A stretch of 64,000 bases of DNA from Octopus sinensis (taxonomy: Eukaryota). A program made the position numbers and the translations under genes. Below are positions 12,552-26,003 of the stretch, piece after piece. The stretch's first letter is position 1. Each line of letters begins with the position of its first letter. The notes below the pieces were generated by a model. That model did no database searches. It worked only from the letters and a program-made list of their open reading frames with translations, and was not told where the DNA came from. The DNA lies in contig NC_043009.1 of the NCBI RefSeq assembly GCF_006345805.1, positions 22,568,001-22,632,000 on the forward strand, written 5' to 3'.

Positions 12552-12910
12552 TATTACCTCCATCTTAGTGAAGGCAGAGGTATTGCTTTCAGTCGTGTCT
12601 GTTTGTCCGTGGGCAAAATATCACAAGAACTGCTGGATGGATTTGGATGAAACTTTCAGAGATGTTTGGCTTCATGACTGGCATGAGCTGATTAGATTTT
12701 GGGATCGATCCGGTACCAGACAAGGATTCTGGATTATTTTTCCTGTTTTTTACTTAATTTTTGAGAGCAGTTGGATTTGTTTTTAGTATTCTCGTTAGTG
12801 AGAGCAGTCAAGTTTATTTCAGATATTATCATTTTAAAAATCATCTCTGGCTAATTGTTGAAAGGTAGTTCGTGTTGCCTTGGTTGAGGTTTGCGCTCTC
12901 TGAGTGCTCT
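12552..12910 (+). mobile_element. Helentron/DINE-1-like non-autonomous element
   Basis: 5' ttattacctcc..aaggcagaggt subterminal inverted motif, (gtct/gtcc) repeat, gatttggatgaaact core, 3' gccttgg..gaggt plus short hairpin gcgctc-tct-gagtgc; T-rich flanks. Confidence 0.65.
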
Positions 12911-12925
12911 TATTATTATTATTAA

Positions 12926-13137
12926 GGTGGTGAGCTGGCAGAATTGTTAGCACACCAGGTAAAATGCTTAGTGGTAGGTCATCTGTGTTCATGTTCTGAG
13001 TTCAAATTCTGCTGAGGTCGACTTATCCTTTCAGGGTCGATGAAATAAGTACCAGTTAAGCACTGGGGTTGATGTAATTGACTAGCACCCCTTCCCCACA
13101 ATTTCAGGCCTTGTGCCTATAGTAGAAAGTATTATTA
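12926..13137 (+). mobile_element. SINE family B (tRNA head + Meta-like domain), (ATT)n tail
   Basis: gagctggcagaattgttagca...gagttcaaattc...cctttcagggtcgat..aataagtacc domain; sits in an ATT tract. Confidence 0.8.
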
Positions 13138-13149
13138 TTCGCCTTACTG

Positions 13150-13478
13150 ACACTTGTGCCGGTGGCACGTGAACAAAATATTCGAGCGAGGTCGTTGCCA
13201 GTGCTACTCTACTGACTCCCGTGCAGGTGGCATGTAAAAAACACCATTTGAGCATGGCCATTGCCAGTACCGCCTGACTGGCCCTCGTGCCAGTGGCACG
13301 TAAAAGAATCCACTACATTCTCGGAGTGGTTGGCATTTGGAAGGGCATCCAGCTGTAGAAACTCTGCCAGATCAAGATCGGAGCCTGGTGCAGCCATCTG
13401 ATTCCATAGTCCTCAGTCAAATCGTCCAACCCATGCAAGCATGGAAAGCGGACATTAGACGATGATGATGATGATGAT
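13150..13478 (+). mobile_element. RTE LINE 3' UTR fragment
   Basis: gtgccggtggcac repeats, gaagggcatccagctgtagaaa, (GAT)n tail. Confidence 0.8.
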
Positions 13479-13991
13479 TATTATTATTATTATTCAGGTG
13501 GTAAGCTGGCAGAATTATTAGCACGCCAGGCAAAATGCTTAGTGACATTTCTTCTATCTTTACATTCTGTATACATGGGACTCAAAGTGTTAAGTAAAGG
13601 TAAAGTTATCTTCTTGAGTCATACTAACTCATAAGGGTTGGTCTCCTAGTTTCCATGTCACATAAATTCCCCACCTGAATGGGACGCCAGTCCATTCAAG
13701 GATTACTCATTTTTGCCAGCTGAGTTGACTGGAGCCACAACGCATCGCTTGGTCCAGGAATTGAAACCACAATCTTACAATCATGAGTCCAACGCCCTAA
13801 CCACTAAGCCACATGCCTCCACATTGGTTTAAGTGCTAAAGGGTCAAACCAACAAGCAGTGTATTTGGCTAGGGTTAGAACCTGGCCTTTATGGAATATA
13901 ATTCTTATCTGTTATCCTTCACTTGTTTCAATTATTGGACTGTGACCATGCTGGGGCACTAACTTGAAGGGTTTAAATGAACAAATCGACC

Positions 13992-14051
<60 letters not shown>

Positions 14052-14399
14052 AAGTACAAAGTGAGATAGGGGTTATGAGTGTAACCCACTATAGGATATC
14101 AGTTATCCAAAATACTGCTGGTGAAGCACCCAAATGGCAAATACATAAATGCTTATAATTGCAATGCAATTAATTCATTTATTGTATTAGATGGGCAAAG
14201 GTAAAACATTTTACCTCAAATTCATAATACAAATAAGAAAATAGAGGAACAGATTCATTCCAATCAACGACTTACAGATATTACCAATTCATATTATTTA
14301 TTTAACTACATAAATAGGAACATCCAAATCCAACAAAACAAAACAATATACATCAATATGTAAGATAATAATACCATAAGAATAATATACATAAAATGA

Positions 14400-14521
14400 A
14401 TATTACAGCTGTTTCAGCCTGTAGATAAAGGTATCTCATTCTGCCTATATTAGTCAGATGTATTGAGGTAATATGCAGTTAAAAATGAGTTACTTATATA
14501 TCTCAAGGCCTCGTCAGAGAT
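14400..14521 (-). ncRNA. Type I hammerhead ribozyme motif (inverted copy, one stem I mismatch)
   Basis: Reverse complement of 15276-15397; stem I 3' strand reads ATAT instead of AGAT. Confidence 0.6.
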
Positions 14522-15112
14522 TGTAAAGTACAATTATAAAAATGCAAATATAAATATGAAACAAAATACATATATATATACATATATATAAGTATATATA
14601 TAATAATATACATACACATAAGGTTACATATAATCAAATATACTGGAGTATACCTATACATCCACATCAATGGGTACATATACGGAGTTCATTACATTAC
14701 CAAAACTATTAATATTATTATTATTATTAATAATACCAATATTAGATTATGTGCATTCTGCTATTCATATTTCATAAGCATCTGTCTATATATTATGTTA
14801 TACTATATTATATATGTGATATATAATTTATTATATTATATTGTACTATATTATATTATACTATATTTTATGTGGTATTTTCCATCTACTATGCATTGTG
14901 GATAGCAGAATGCACATAATCTAATATTGGTATTATTAATAATAATAATAATAATATTAATAGTTTTTGTAATGTAATGAACTTTATATATGTACCCATT
15001 GATGTAGATGTATATGTATACTCCAGTATATTTGATTATCTGTAACCTTATGTGTATGTATATTATTATATATAGACTTATATATATGTATATATATATA
15101 TGAATATACACT

Positions 15113-15152
<40 letters not shown>

Positions 15153-15160
15153 TATACACT

Positions 15161-15217
<57 letters not shown>

Positions 15218-15275
15218 TTGTGTATGTGTATTTTGTTTCATATTTATATTTGCATTTTTATAATTGTACTTTACA

Positions 15276-15397
15276 ATCTCTGACGAGGCCTTGAGATATA
15301 TAAGTAACTCATTTTTAACTGCATATTACCTCAATACATCTGACTAATATAGGCAGAATGAGATACCTTTATCTACAGGCTGAAACAGCTGTAAGAT
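15276..15397 (+). ncRNA. Type I hammerhead ribozyme motif with long stem II insert
   Basis: atct-CTGACGA-ggcct..(~85 nt)..aggct-GAAA-cagctg-TA-agat: stem I atct/agat, stem II ggcct/aggct (extendable agata/tatct), palindromic stem III cagctg, GUA site. Confidence 0.7.
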
Positions 15398-18384
15398 CCA
15401 TTTTATGTATATTATTCTTATGGTATTATTATCTTACATATTGATGTATATTGTTTTGTTTTGTTGGATTTGGATGTTCCTATTTATGTAGTTAATAAAT
15501 AAATAATATGAATTGGTAATATCTGTAAGTCGTTGATTGGAATGAATCTGTTCCTCCATTTTCTTATTTGTATTATATATATATGTATATATATATTTAT
15601 TTCTATATATATTTTTTGAAATCTGGTACTTAGCAGTTCAGCAAAAGAGACTGATTGAATAAGTTACGGGGATGTAAACAAACCAACTCTGGTTGTCAAG
15701 CAGTGGCAGGGGAGAGGAGACAAACAGAAATATATGCACAAATACATACATCTTTATATATATGATAGGCTTCCACACAGTTTCTGTTTACCACATTCAC
15801 TCAAAAGGCATTGGTCAGTCTGGGACAATAGTAGAAGACACTTGCTCAAGGTGCCACACAGTGGGACTGAACCTAAAATAACATGGTTGCAAAGCAAAGT
15901 TCTTAACCATGCAACTATGCCAACATCTAATATTTGAATTTCAGTATTTTTTTTTCTTTTGTTCATCAATGAAATTACCTTGCTAGAAACATTAGAAATC
16001 ATGTCTTCAACACAGCATACAAATTTATTCATATTTGCAAATTTTATTTACAGATTTGTGCTGAAGCATACCACCACAAGTTTTCCCAACATATTCTGTT
16101 TTTTCTTTTTTTCTAGTTTTATTTTATTTGTTATGCAAATATAATGAATTGAAATCAAAGAGATTAGTGGTAGTTTTCATTTACTCGCCAATGAAGAACT
16201 TTGCTGCACAAAACATTAAGATATTTATTTCTTCATCAAACAACACTCTGACATGCCTCACTTTTCACTACCTCAGCCAACACTGCACAGTTTAGAATTA
16301 ACGTGTATATGAGAGCAACACAGATGCATTTGATGTGTTTTTTTTAAATAAATCCATTCATTTTTAATTGTTACCTGATTTCATAGCATGACAGAGATAT
16401 AAAGGTGGAAAAATCCAACTAGTTAAAGGTAATAAATATGCCTATTATACCTAAATCATTTTTACTCAGCTCTTTCAAGTACAGAGTTGCTACACAGGTT
16501 AGAAGTTTGATGCAACACAAATGTAACAGCTACCTCTCGTAATCAGACATTTTTTTCAAAGCCTCACCTAACACAATTCTTCCTAGAATTCTTATTTTCA
16601 TCTTAAAGAAGAAATATAATTAATCATAATTTTTTTCTTTTTAACTTTTCAAGAAAATGACTTTTGTTTTCTGTTGTGATTTTTTTTTTGTTGCTATTTC
16701 TCATAATTAAAGTCATGTTAACTTAGCAGTGAGTTAAGTTGTTATTTAGCCCCAGGCAAGCTCTGAATGAGTAAACCTATCATCAAAGGCATTCCTTCAA
16801 TGAACATTCCATGTTTATTTCAGCCAATATAATTTAGATCCTGTATATTGGTCAGTGCTTCTGTTTCTATTAAACAAAAATAAACAAACAACAACAAAAG
16901 CAACAACAAACAAAGAGAGAATGATTTGAGAGAGGTTTCGTTGCTATTTCTAGCCTATGTTGTTGGCTCATGTTTTGTTAAATTGACAGGTTAGATACAT
17001 TTAGTGTACAGGTTCTAACCAATTTCTATACTGATAATATAAATGGTTTTCTTTTAGTTCCAACAAAGCTCCATCAATGGACTTATCATCATAATTGTCA
17101 TCTTAACAGCTACTTTCCCATGCTAGCATGGATTGGAAGAGGTTTATTGAGACAGATTTAATACAGCAGGATTCTTGTCTTGAATCCTCATCTGTTTCCA
17201 AGCAAGGTAATTGCAGAGTATCCGGAATGAACGACACTGCTTGAATGACAGTGACACTCACAACTATCATGCTTGTCAAGACAAAGAGAAACAAATACAC
17301 ACACACACACACACACACACACAAAGGCAGACACACACAGACACACATGATAGACTTCTTTCAGTTTCCATCTACCGAATCCAGGGCTTTGGTTGGCTCA
17401 GGTCTATAACAGAAAACACTTGCCCAAGATGTTGTGGAGTGGACTGAACCTGGAACCATGTAATTAGGAAGCAAATTTCCCAACCACACAGCTACACCCG
17501 ACCCAATGAATTAGTGAATGGTAGTATGTACCAGAGCAAGTTCTTTGAATTTAGAGGTACCAGTATCATCTATACAAGTGGGTTCCAAACTGTTTCAGTC
17601 ACAATTCAGTTTCATTAAAAAAACTTGGGATGATCCAAAATTACAGTAAAAGACATTGACCCAAGATGCCATGCTGTGGGATTGAACCCAAGTTCCCAAT
17701 GACTGTGTGGTAGAAATCCTTAACTATTCTGCCTCACCAGCATTCAAATCAGAAGCAAGGTGGCAACATTAATTGCTCTACCTAACTTCACTGAACAGTG
17801 ACACTAAGATTCAAACTAACTGGGAAGCCCTCTCACTCACTCTATTCTACATTCTCTTTTTCCTTCTCCCTCTCTCTCTCTCTCTCTCTCTCGCCTCTTA
17901 GAATTTACTTTGTCTTTGTAAACAGACAAAAAAAAAAAAAAAACTCCACTGGTTGCCAAGTACAACATTGATTTTAAAATATGTTGACCTGGAATATGAA
18001 GCCCAAAGTATAAAATATCAAAAGACAATAGCTATGCCCTATTGTTGAGAGAGAGAGAGAGAGATGGGGGAAAGATGGAATAAAAAATTTCATTTCTAAC
18101 ACAATGTATGTGAAAGCGTGTGTGTGTGTGTGTGTGTGTACTTATAAGGAGAGAGGTGTTGCCTCGACAGAATCAAGAGAAATGGGACCATAACTCTAAA
18201 ACTAAATACACATAGTTCAAATCTAGGCACATATTGATTTTGGAAGCTGAGGTTCTGAGATCAAACCTAGACATATCCTTTATTTGAGCTTCAATATATT
18301 TCTATTTTTAGGGGCTAGGTATCACAGAAATTTATATGGTTCTGTTTTTGTTGAAGTTACCATTATTCTTTTACTCACTTTTAG

Positions 18385-18725
18385 TCTTTTACTTGCTTCA
18401 GTCATGTAACTAGCTATGCTGGAGCATCACCTTTTAGCTGAACAAATAGACCCCAGGACTTATTCTTTTAAGCCTGGCTAAACTGGTAAGTTATGGGGAC
18501 ATAAACACACCAACACCGGTTGTCAAGCAGTGATAGGGGGACAAACACATATAAAGACACACACAGAGAATATATAGACATATACATAGGATGAGCTTCT
18601 CTCAGTTTCCGTCTACCAAAGCCACTCACAAGGCTTTGGTCAGCCTGAGGCTTTGCAGAAGACACTTGCCCAAGGTTCCACGCAATGGGACTGAACCCAG
18701 AGCCATGTGGTTGGGAAGCAAGCTT
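18385..18725 (-). mobile_element. SINE family A
   Basis: Reverse complement of family A with an internal deletion. Further degraded copies at ~10740-10900, 15620-15920, 25737-25920, 26680-27060, 27165-27535 and 40130-40465. Confidence 0.8.
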
Positions 18726-20010
18726 TTTGTTTCATCAGAAGAAATTAAAATCTTTTGTTCCTACATTTTAATATAGCATATCCATCAACCCTCCACCTCC
18801 CATTTATTTCACACTGGCACAAGTTGGGCAAGACTTACTGAGGGAGCCTTTTTTATATTATACTTATTATATTATAAATACATTGTTGCAAGGCAAATTT
18901 ACTGAGGTATTCATCCAGAAATAACATTTCTCATGGACCTGATGTGTTTAAAAACCCAATACAGCATGTCCATAAAACAAGTTATCTTTGGATGGATACC
19001 ACAGTAAATTTGCCTTTTAACAATGTATTTACATTTAATTTGATACTGCTTCTACTACATATAACAGATTCCTATTGAGATTGTTTTACTATGGCCAGAT
19101 GTCCTTCTTTGGTTTTCAGAGTCCAAAACTAATGAGCTACAGGACATTTACAGAGGATGTAAACAAACATTACTTTAGCTCAAACTGTAAAGACACATGG
19201 AATAAAACCATACACATGGACTTACAAACACATTCTCCATATCCAAACAGCTATGCCTGCACTGACATATATATATATATATCATCATAATTTAGTGTCC
19301 ATTGTCCATGCTGGCATGGGTTGGATGGTCTGACCAGGGCTGGCAAGCTGGATACATTTGTACAAAAAAAAAACTCAAGGCATAGTATAGAATTATATAT
19401 TTATTAGTAAGGGATCAGATCAAAGAAGAAAGAAAACTTTACTCCCTTGTCCTAATTCATTTGGAAGATCAAAAACTACAGGTTGAAACATACATGGAAA
19501 ATAGGCAACAAAACCACTCCATGTTTAGATGGAGCCTAAAACTGCAGGCTGTACCTAATGGAAAAATTTTTCTAATATAAAAACAACCAAAGGTAATAAA
19601 TATTATCTAGCTGTTAACATTAGAGACAAAATCCTACTGGACAGCTTCCATACACCCAAACATTCTAAGGCCAATGCATGAATTTAGCTGGGGGTGCTTG
19701 TGCACCATAGGAATCCAGCAAGTGACAATGGTGTCCATAAGAAGCTACATACTCAATCAGCTGAATAACTTTGATCAATGAGAAGTGGCTGAGTAGGTGC
19801 TCTGTCAATACACTTCTCTTCAGTAGCAATGGAGTGAAGAGTCAACTGATTTTTAATAAATGTAAACTCTACATCATGCATTGAGTACTTTTCTATTAAT
19901 TTCTTTTCTAAAAAGCAAGTGCATGTCTGTGAGTATGCACATATGTATCCACATACACACACAAGCATGCACACATTTATTTATTTATAAACTTTTATAT
20001 GTATAATATA

Positions 20011-20190
20011 CAGGGTGTGATGGGTAAATTGTTGCCATTTTATACTTTTAATTTTGCGCAATCACATTGTTTTTAATTTTGTCAACAACACAGTATAGTA
20101 GGGTCAGTTGGGAACCATCTGTGAGAAAAATAGCACCATGATGCAATTCACTCTACCAGAAATTTGGAAACAACATGCTGTACTTGCTTG
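20011..20190 (+). mobile_element. Tc1/mariner-superfamily left end with transposase start, cut off by an RTE insertion
   Basis: TA|CAGGGTGTGATGGGTAAATTG terminus, followed by an ATG-initiated frame (MMQFTLPEIWKQHAVL) that is interrupted by the LINE 3' end. Confidence 0.55.
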
Positions 20191-22817
20191 AGACAGCATT
20201 CACCCGGGGTGGGTTGAGCTGGCTTCATTCATCCTCAATGCTGCATCTCTCACAAACGCTGACCAGGCCTGGCGATTTGAGGCTAACAACCACGTGATCT
20301 CCAACCACTCCTTATTCCAGCGGCAAATGCCGTAGATATGGGGGCCTAGGTTGGGTTCCAGATCAGCCTTGACTGTCATCAGCCAGGTTTTTCGTTGTCC
20401 ACCACATCGCTTTCGTCAACCCTGAAGGGGAGCTGGGGCAATTGCTTCATAGATGAATTCTGGTTGACGACAGAGGGCATGACCCAGCCAACGCAGATGT
20501 CTCATTAGGATGACTTGTCGGAGGGAGGTGATTCTGCACTGGTGCCACACTGAATTGTTGGAGACAAAGTGATGCCATTGGACACGAAGGATGCGGCCGT
20601 AGACAGAGGTGATCGAAGGATTCTAGTCGCTTAATATCTTCCACCCTCATTGGCCATGACTCGCTGCCGTAAAGAAGAATTGTTCGTACTAGTGCTTGGT
20701 AGATCCATACTTTGGTGGTGCGTCGGATCTCAGATCTTGACCAGAATCGTGCACTGAGTCGGTTGAAGGCTTGGCAAGCGAGGTCGATTCATGTTTTAAT
20801 GTCAGCCTCACCTTGACCTGTAGCTGTAATGATGGTGCCAAGGTATTTGAAACTCTCAACCTCTTCAAGAATATCACCATTGAGGACAATGGGTGTTTTG
20901 TCTGGTGGGGCAAAGCCGGCTCTGAGGATTTTGGTCTTCAAGGCATTGACTTTCATACCAATCTGTGATGCAACATGCTAGAGCTCATTGATAGCAAACT
21001 GGAGATCAGCAAATGTTTCGCCAAGTATCGCAATGTCATCTGCGTAGTCTAGATCCTTGACGAAAAAGTTGTGACCAACAGTGATACCAGGGAACTCCCT
21101 TAATGCATTTGTGGTGATCCAGTCGATGGCGTAATTGAAAAGAGTTGGCGAAAGAACACATCCTTGCCAAACGCCAGACCATATTTCGAAGCGTTCCGAC
21201 ACTTCACCATACACGCGTACGCAGGATCTTGTTGAGCGGTAATAAGCTTTGATAAGATTGAGAAGTTTAGGTGGGATACCATCTGCCTGCATGACCTTCC
21301 AGAGGGTGTCACGATCGACGGAGTCGAATGCAGCAGCAAAATCAACAAAGCAGATGACTGTTTTTTGGCTGAAAGCACCAACGGTGTTCGAGGATTAGTC
21401 TCAGGGTGAAGATTTGAACGGTGCAGCCTCGATTTGGACGGAAACTACACTGATTTGGTCTTGTTCTAGAGTCATGTTCTGATTGGAATCGTCTCAGAAG
21501 AATAGATGCAAATATTTTGGCAGAAACGTCAATCAGACTGATGCCACGGTAGTTGCTGCAGCAGCGTTTATCGCCTTTCTTAAAGAAAGGTACCAGTGTT
21601 GTGTTGCTCCAGTCTTGGGGGAGGATTTCCATATCCCAAACCCGGGTGATAACTTGATGAATTGCGGGCCCCAGTATATTTGCACTATGCTTGAGGATCT
21701 CAGCAGGAATGTTATCTTTGCCGGCAGCTTTGTTATTTTTGAGCTTTCTGATAACAGCAAGGACCTCTTCAAGCGTAGGGGGAACTGTTCGGCAGTTATA
21801 CAAGGTTGGGGTCGCGTCGATCGCAAGAGCAGATAAGGGGGGCTGGTGGTCATGGTTCAGCAGATTGGTGAAATGGTCTCTCCAGCGGATGATGCGCTCA
21901 GTGAGATTGGTGATGGAATCGCCATTCTGCTCCAAAATGGTTTCGTTACCACTCCAGCCTGTCTTTGTGCTCGATCGAAGGAGGCTGTAGAGCTTACGGG
22001 AGTCCCCAGTAGATGTGGCGCATTCCATGTCTTCAGCCACTGTCCTCTAGAATTTATTTGGATCAGCATGGGCAGACCGGGCAGCTCCACGGCACAGTTG
22101 TCTGAAGGTATCAGATTGGTTGCATCGAGCTTGTTTCGCTTTTTCAGCAATTTCGATTGTTTGGCCCAAGATCCAATCTTTGTCTTTTCGCTTAGTGGTG
22201 CCGAGTGTTGTGGACATCACGGATTGAAGATTGTGTTTGACCATTTGCCAGACTTCATCTGAGGAAGCAGATTGAGGGACTTCGAGCCCGTTAAACCGAT
22301 TTGTTAATTCAATACGGAATAAATGTTCGGTCTGGTTACTTTTTAGCTTCAAGATATCGTATCTTAAAGGCTTAGAGCGAGACTTGACTGCCTTGAGATG
22401 AAGATGTAGTTTTGCCCGTCCTAATATATGATTAGAACCATGTTCGCTGCCGGTTTTTGCGCCTCTGAACATTCAACAATCAAGGATGCTCGACGACCAG
22501 CGGCTTCTAACGAGAAAATGGCCAATCTGGTTTGCTGTGACACTGTCATTGGAGTACCATGTAAGAAGATGATGCCATGGATGTTGAAAGCGCATGCTGG
22601 AAACAGTAAGATAATTTGCAGCAGTGAAATTGACAAGTCTTTCACCATTGGCGCATTGGTTGCCAATCGCAAACCGTCCCAGTATGTGGTCATTAGTGGT
22701 GTTACTTGGTCCTGTGCGGGCATTCCAATCGCCTGCAACGATTAGAATGTCACTTGCGGGTATGCGATCAACAACTGCCTGTAAAGCATCATAGAAGGAG
22801 TCTATATAGGCCAGCAA
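20191..22817 (-). mobile_element. RTE-clade LINE (second family), 5'-truncated and disrupted; APE endonuclease + RT
   Basis: IVAGDWNA / TWYSND..NQI.H (APE), KAAGKDNIPAE, NYRGISL, QGCVLSPTLF, YADDI (RT); multiple stops and frameshifts. Confidence 0.9.
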
Positions 22818-23395
22818 ACAAATATGGTAGATAACTTTAAAACATGAATTTGTATCATAGAACCAGAGGCAGTGTCAGGGAAACTGGTAACAAAAGGGTT
22901 AAAGCATTTAGAATGGCAGTGCCCCGACATGGCCCACAGCTTAGTGAAACTAGAAGATAAGTAAAATAAAGGAAGGGATTATAGAATACAGGTGTAGTCA
23001 TGGCTGTGTGTCTGTGTAGTCAAGTTTGCTTCTCAACCTCATGATTTCAGGTTCAGTCTCACCATGTACCACCTTGGTTAGTGTTTTCTACTACAGCTCC
23101 ATGTTGACCAAAACCTTACAAGTGGATTTAGTAGATGGAGATTGAAAAAAGCTCACTGAATGAATATGCATGTGTGTGTGTGTGTATATATATGGCACCT
23201 GTGCCAGTGGCATGTGTAAAAGATTCGAGCGAGGTCATTGCCAGTACCGCCTGTGGCACATAAAAGCACCCATTACACTCTCAGAGTGGTTGGCATTTGG
23301 AAGGGCATCCAGCTGTAGAAACTCTGCCAGATCATGATTGAAGCCTGGTGCAGCCATCTGGTTCGCCAGCCTTCAGCAACATGAAATAAAGTGTC

Positions 23396-23786
23396 CTGGA
23401 CGTTATCAAAGAAGCTTGAGAGGCGGTTGGATGGAACCTACACTCGCCTCCTTATGAGAGCTCAAAATCTCTCGTGGAAGCGCCATCCAACCAAAATGCA
23501 AATATATGGGAAATTACCACCTGTGTCATCTCTTGTGAAAGGTAGGAGAGTCCAGTTTGCTGGACATTGTTGTAGAGCTGAAAAAGAAGTAATTTCTACT
23601 CTTCTCCTCTGGAAGCCATCTACTCGCAATACCAGAGGGCGCACACTCTCCTACCCTGATGTAATCTCCAGGGATACAGGCATCCAGCAACAGGACCTCC
23701 GTAATGCTATGATGGATCGTGAAGTCTGGCGTAACATAGTAAATTCCATTGTCTCGACCACGGTCGAACAATGATGATGATGATGA
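23396..23786 (+). mobile_element. RTE-type LINE 3' fragment (third family) inserted into a SINE C copy
   Basis: Open frame SWTL..LDGTYTRLL..RRVQFAGHC..DREVWR ending in a (TGA)n tail. The flanks rejoin as SINE C sequence aaataaagtgtc|ttgctcaag. Confidence 0.8.
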
Positions 23787-24287
23787 TGTCTTGCTCAAGA
23801 ACACAACACACAGCCTGGTCCAGAAATTGAACTCACTACCTCATGATTGTGAGACTGACGAACTAACCACTGAGCCCTACACCTTCATATATATATCTAT
23901 GTATGCATGTATGTAAGTGTATGTATATTTCTGTCTTCTTGTCTTGACGTTAAATGATCGTTGTAAATGAGTATCAATGTCATACAAGCAGGGTTGTTCA
24001 TTTTGAACAAAATGCAAAAACATGTCTGGTCATGGGGAAACATTACCTTGCACAGACACAAGTGAAGGTTGGTGACAGGAGGGACAACTCACCACAGAAA
24101 ATCTATCCCAATAAACTCTGACCCATACCAGCACAGAAATGTGGATGCTAAAACAAAAATTGATGTTTATAATGATGATCACTAGCAGACAAGCCGCAAC
24201 AATAATGAACATAAAAGAGAATGGAGAGGGAAACTGATAATTTAATCAACCCTAGTACATGACTGGTATGCATTATTTTATAGATAC

Positions 24288-24452
24288 ATGCAGGAGTGAC
24301 TATGTGACAAGAAGCTTGTTTCCCAGATACATGGTTCTGGGTTCAGTCCCACTGCATAGCACCTTGAGCAATGTCTTCTACTATAGCCTTGGGCTGACCA
24401 AAGCCTTGTTAGTGAATTTGGTAGACAGAAACTGAAAGAAGCCCATTGTGTA

Positions 24453-24502
<50 letters not shown>

Positions 24503-24738
24503 CACACACACACACACATATATGTATGAATTTGTGTGACTGTGTCACCCTCGCCATAGCTTCACAACCAATGTTGGTTTGTTTATATCCCTGTAACTTA
24601 GTGGTCTGGCAAAAGAGACAGATAGAATAAATACTAGGCTTACAAAGAATAAGTCCCAGGGTCGAATTGTTTGACTAAAGACAGTGAGGCAGCATGGCGA
24701 CAGTCAAATGACTGAAACAAGTAAAAGAGTGAAAGAGA
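24288..24738 (+). mobile_element. SINE family A with expanded internal (TA)n
   Basis: Full head-to-tail match to family A. Confidence 0.85.
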
Positions 24739-25191
24739 CTGCCAAATTTTTTTGAATGCAGGTTTGACAAATGACTTCAATTTAACATACCATACGGCAT
24801 TAGTTGATCTGCTACAAATCTTAATGTAGTTAGCTTTTTTTAAAGGACATGATCTGAAATTTTCATAGTGTTTATATTATCCTATAATGTATGCTAATTT
24901 ATCCTGGTCATTTATTTATGCCACTCGTATGACAAGATTCATGAAATGAGATCATATGTTCAAACTAAAGCAGTTACATAGAGGTCATTTGAAACTTACA
25001 CTCTACTACTCTTTATCTTTTTACATGTTTCAACCTTAATGCTGTGGCACCACCAGTGGGGGGGAGGGGGATATTCACTTCTATTTATTCCTTCTCCCTA
25101 AAGCAGCAGCAGATTATTATTATTATTATTATTATTATTTTCAGTTATTTACTTTTGTTGTATGTTTGTTGCAATCACATGCTGAGTATTA

Positions 25192-25222
<31 letters not shown>

Positions 25223-25415
25223 CATCAAGGATGATGATGATGACGATAATGATCAAAGATGTTTGTCTTAAATTTATGACTAGGTCACTGTTACCCTACT
25301 TCATTGTATTTCATAATTCATTTTAGGTCCAATAAAAATAGCTGTTTAGACAAAATCATGACATGGATTTCACACTCTATTTAACATATGAGTGAATGTA
25401 TACTTCGATTAACAA

Positions 25416-25466
<51 letters not shown>

Positions 25467-25468
<2 letters not shown>

Positions 25469-25672
25469 AGAGTAAGCACATAAATGCGAAACAAGGTGAC
25501 AAAGATAGTACTCAAATACAAGAAGTAGAGTAATATGCTTTATTAAAAAGCAAGAAAATATCACAAAAACTGTTACTGAGGGTTTCACGTTCCCATTCGT
25601 CAAACAAAACTGTCTGACAAATGGGAACGTGAAACTAACAGATTTTGCAATTTTTTGCTGCTTTTTAATAAA

Positions 25673-25678
<6 letters not shown>
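25467..25678. mobile_element. Penelope-like inverted terminal remnant with two back-to-back decayed hammerhead cores
   Basis: Minus: tgt-TTGACGA-atgggaacgt-GAAA-ccctcag-TA-aca (25570-25606). Plus: ctgt-CTGACAA-atgggaacgt-GAAA-c-TA-acag (25610-25641). Flanked by (TA)n. Confidence 0.65.
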
Positions 25679-25707
<29 letters not shown>

Positions 25708-26003
25708 TGGAGAAAAAAATTACTTTGATAGCATATAGGCTCAGGCAAGCCTGTGTGATTAAGAAGCTCACTTTGCAACCACGTGATTTTGAGTTCAATC
25801 CCAGCATGTGGCACCTTGGGCAAGTGTGTCTTTTACTATAGAACAGGAATGATCAATGCCTTGTGAGTAATTTGGTAGATGGGAAGTGTGTGAAAGCCTG
25901 TCATATGTTTGTGTGTGTGTGTATATACATTCCTTTTGTGTATGAAGGTTGCCAGTGGTTTCATGTTAAGAAAATATTGCAATACTTCTTCAAGCCAATC
26001 ACA

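Larger units (their letters stand above)
14224..15576. repeat. Long inverted repeat (arms ~14224-14767 and ~14899-15576), Penelope-like inverted terminal repeat
   Basis: The arms are near-perfect reverse complements apart from TA-tract length. Each arm carries a hammerhead core. Confidence 0.9.
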
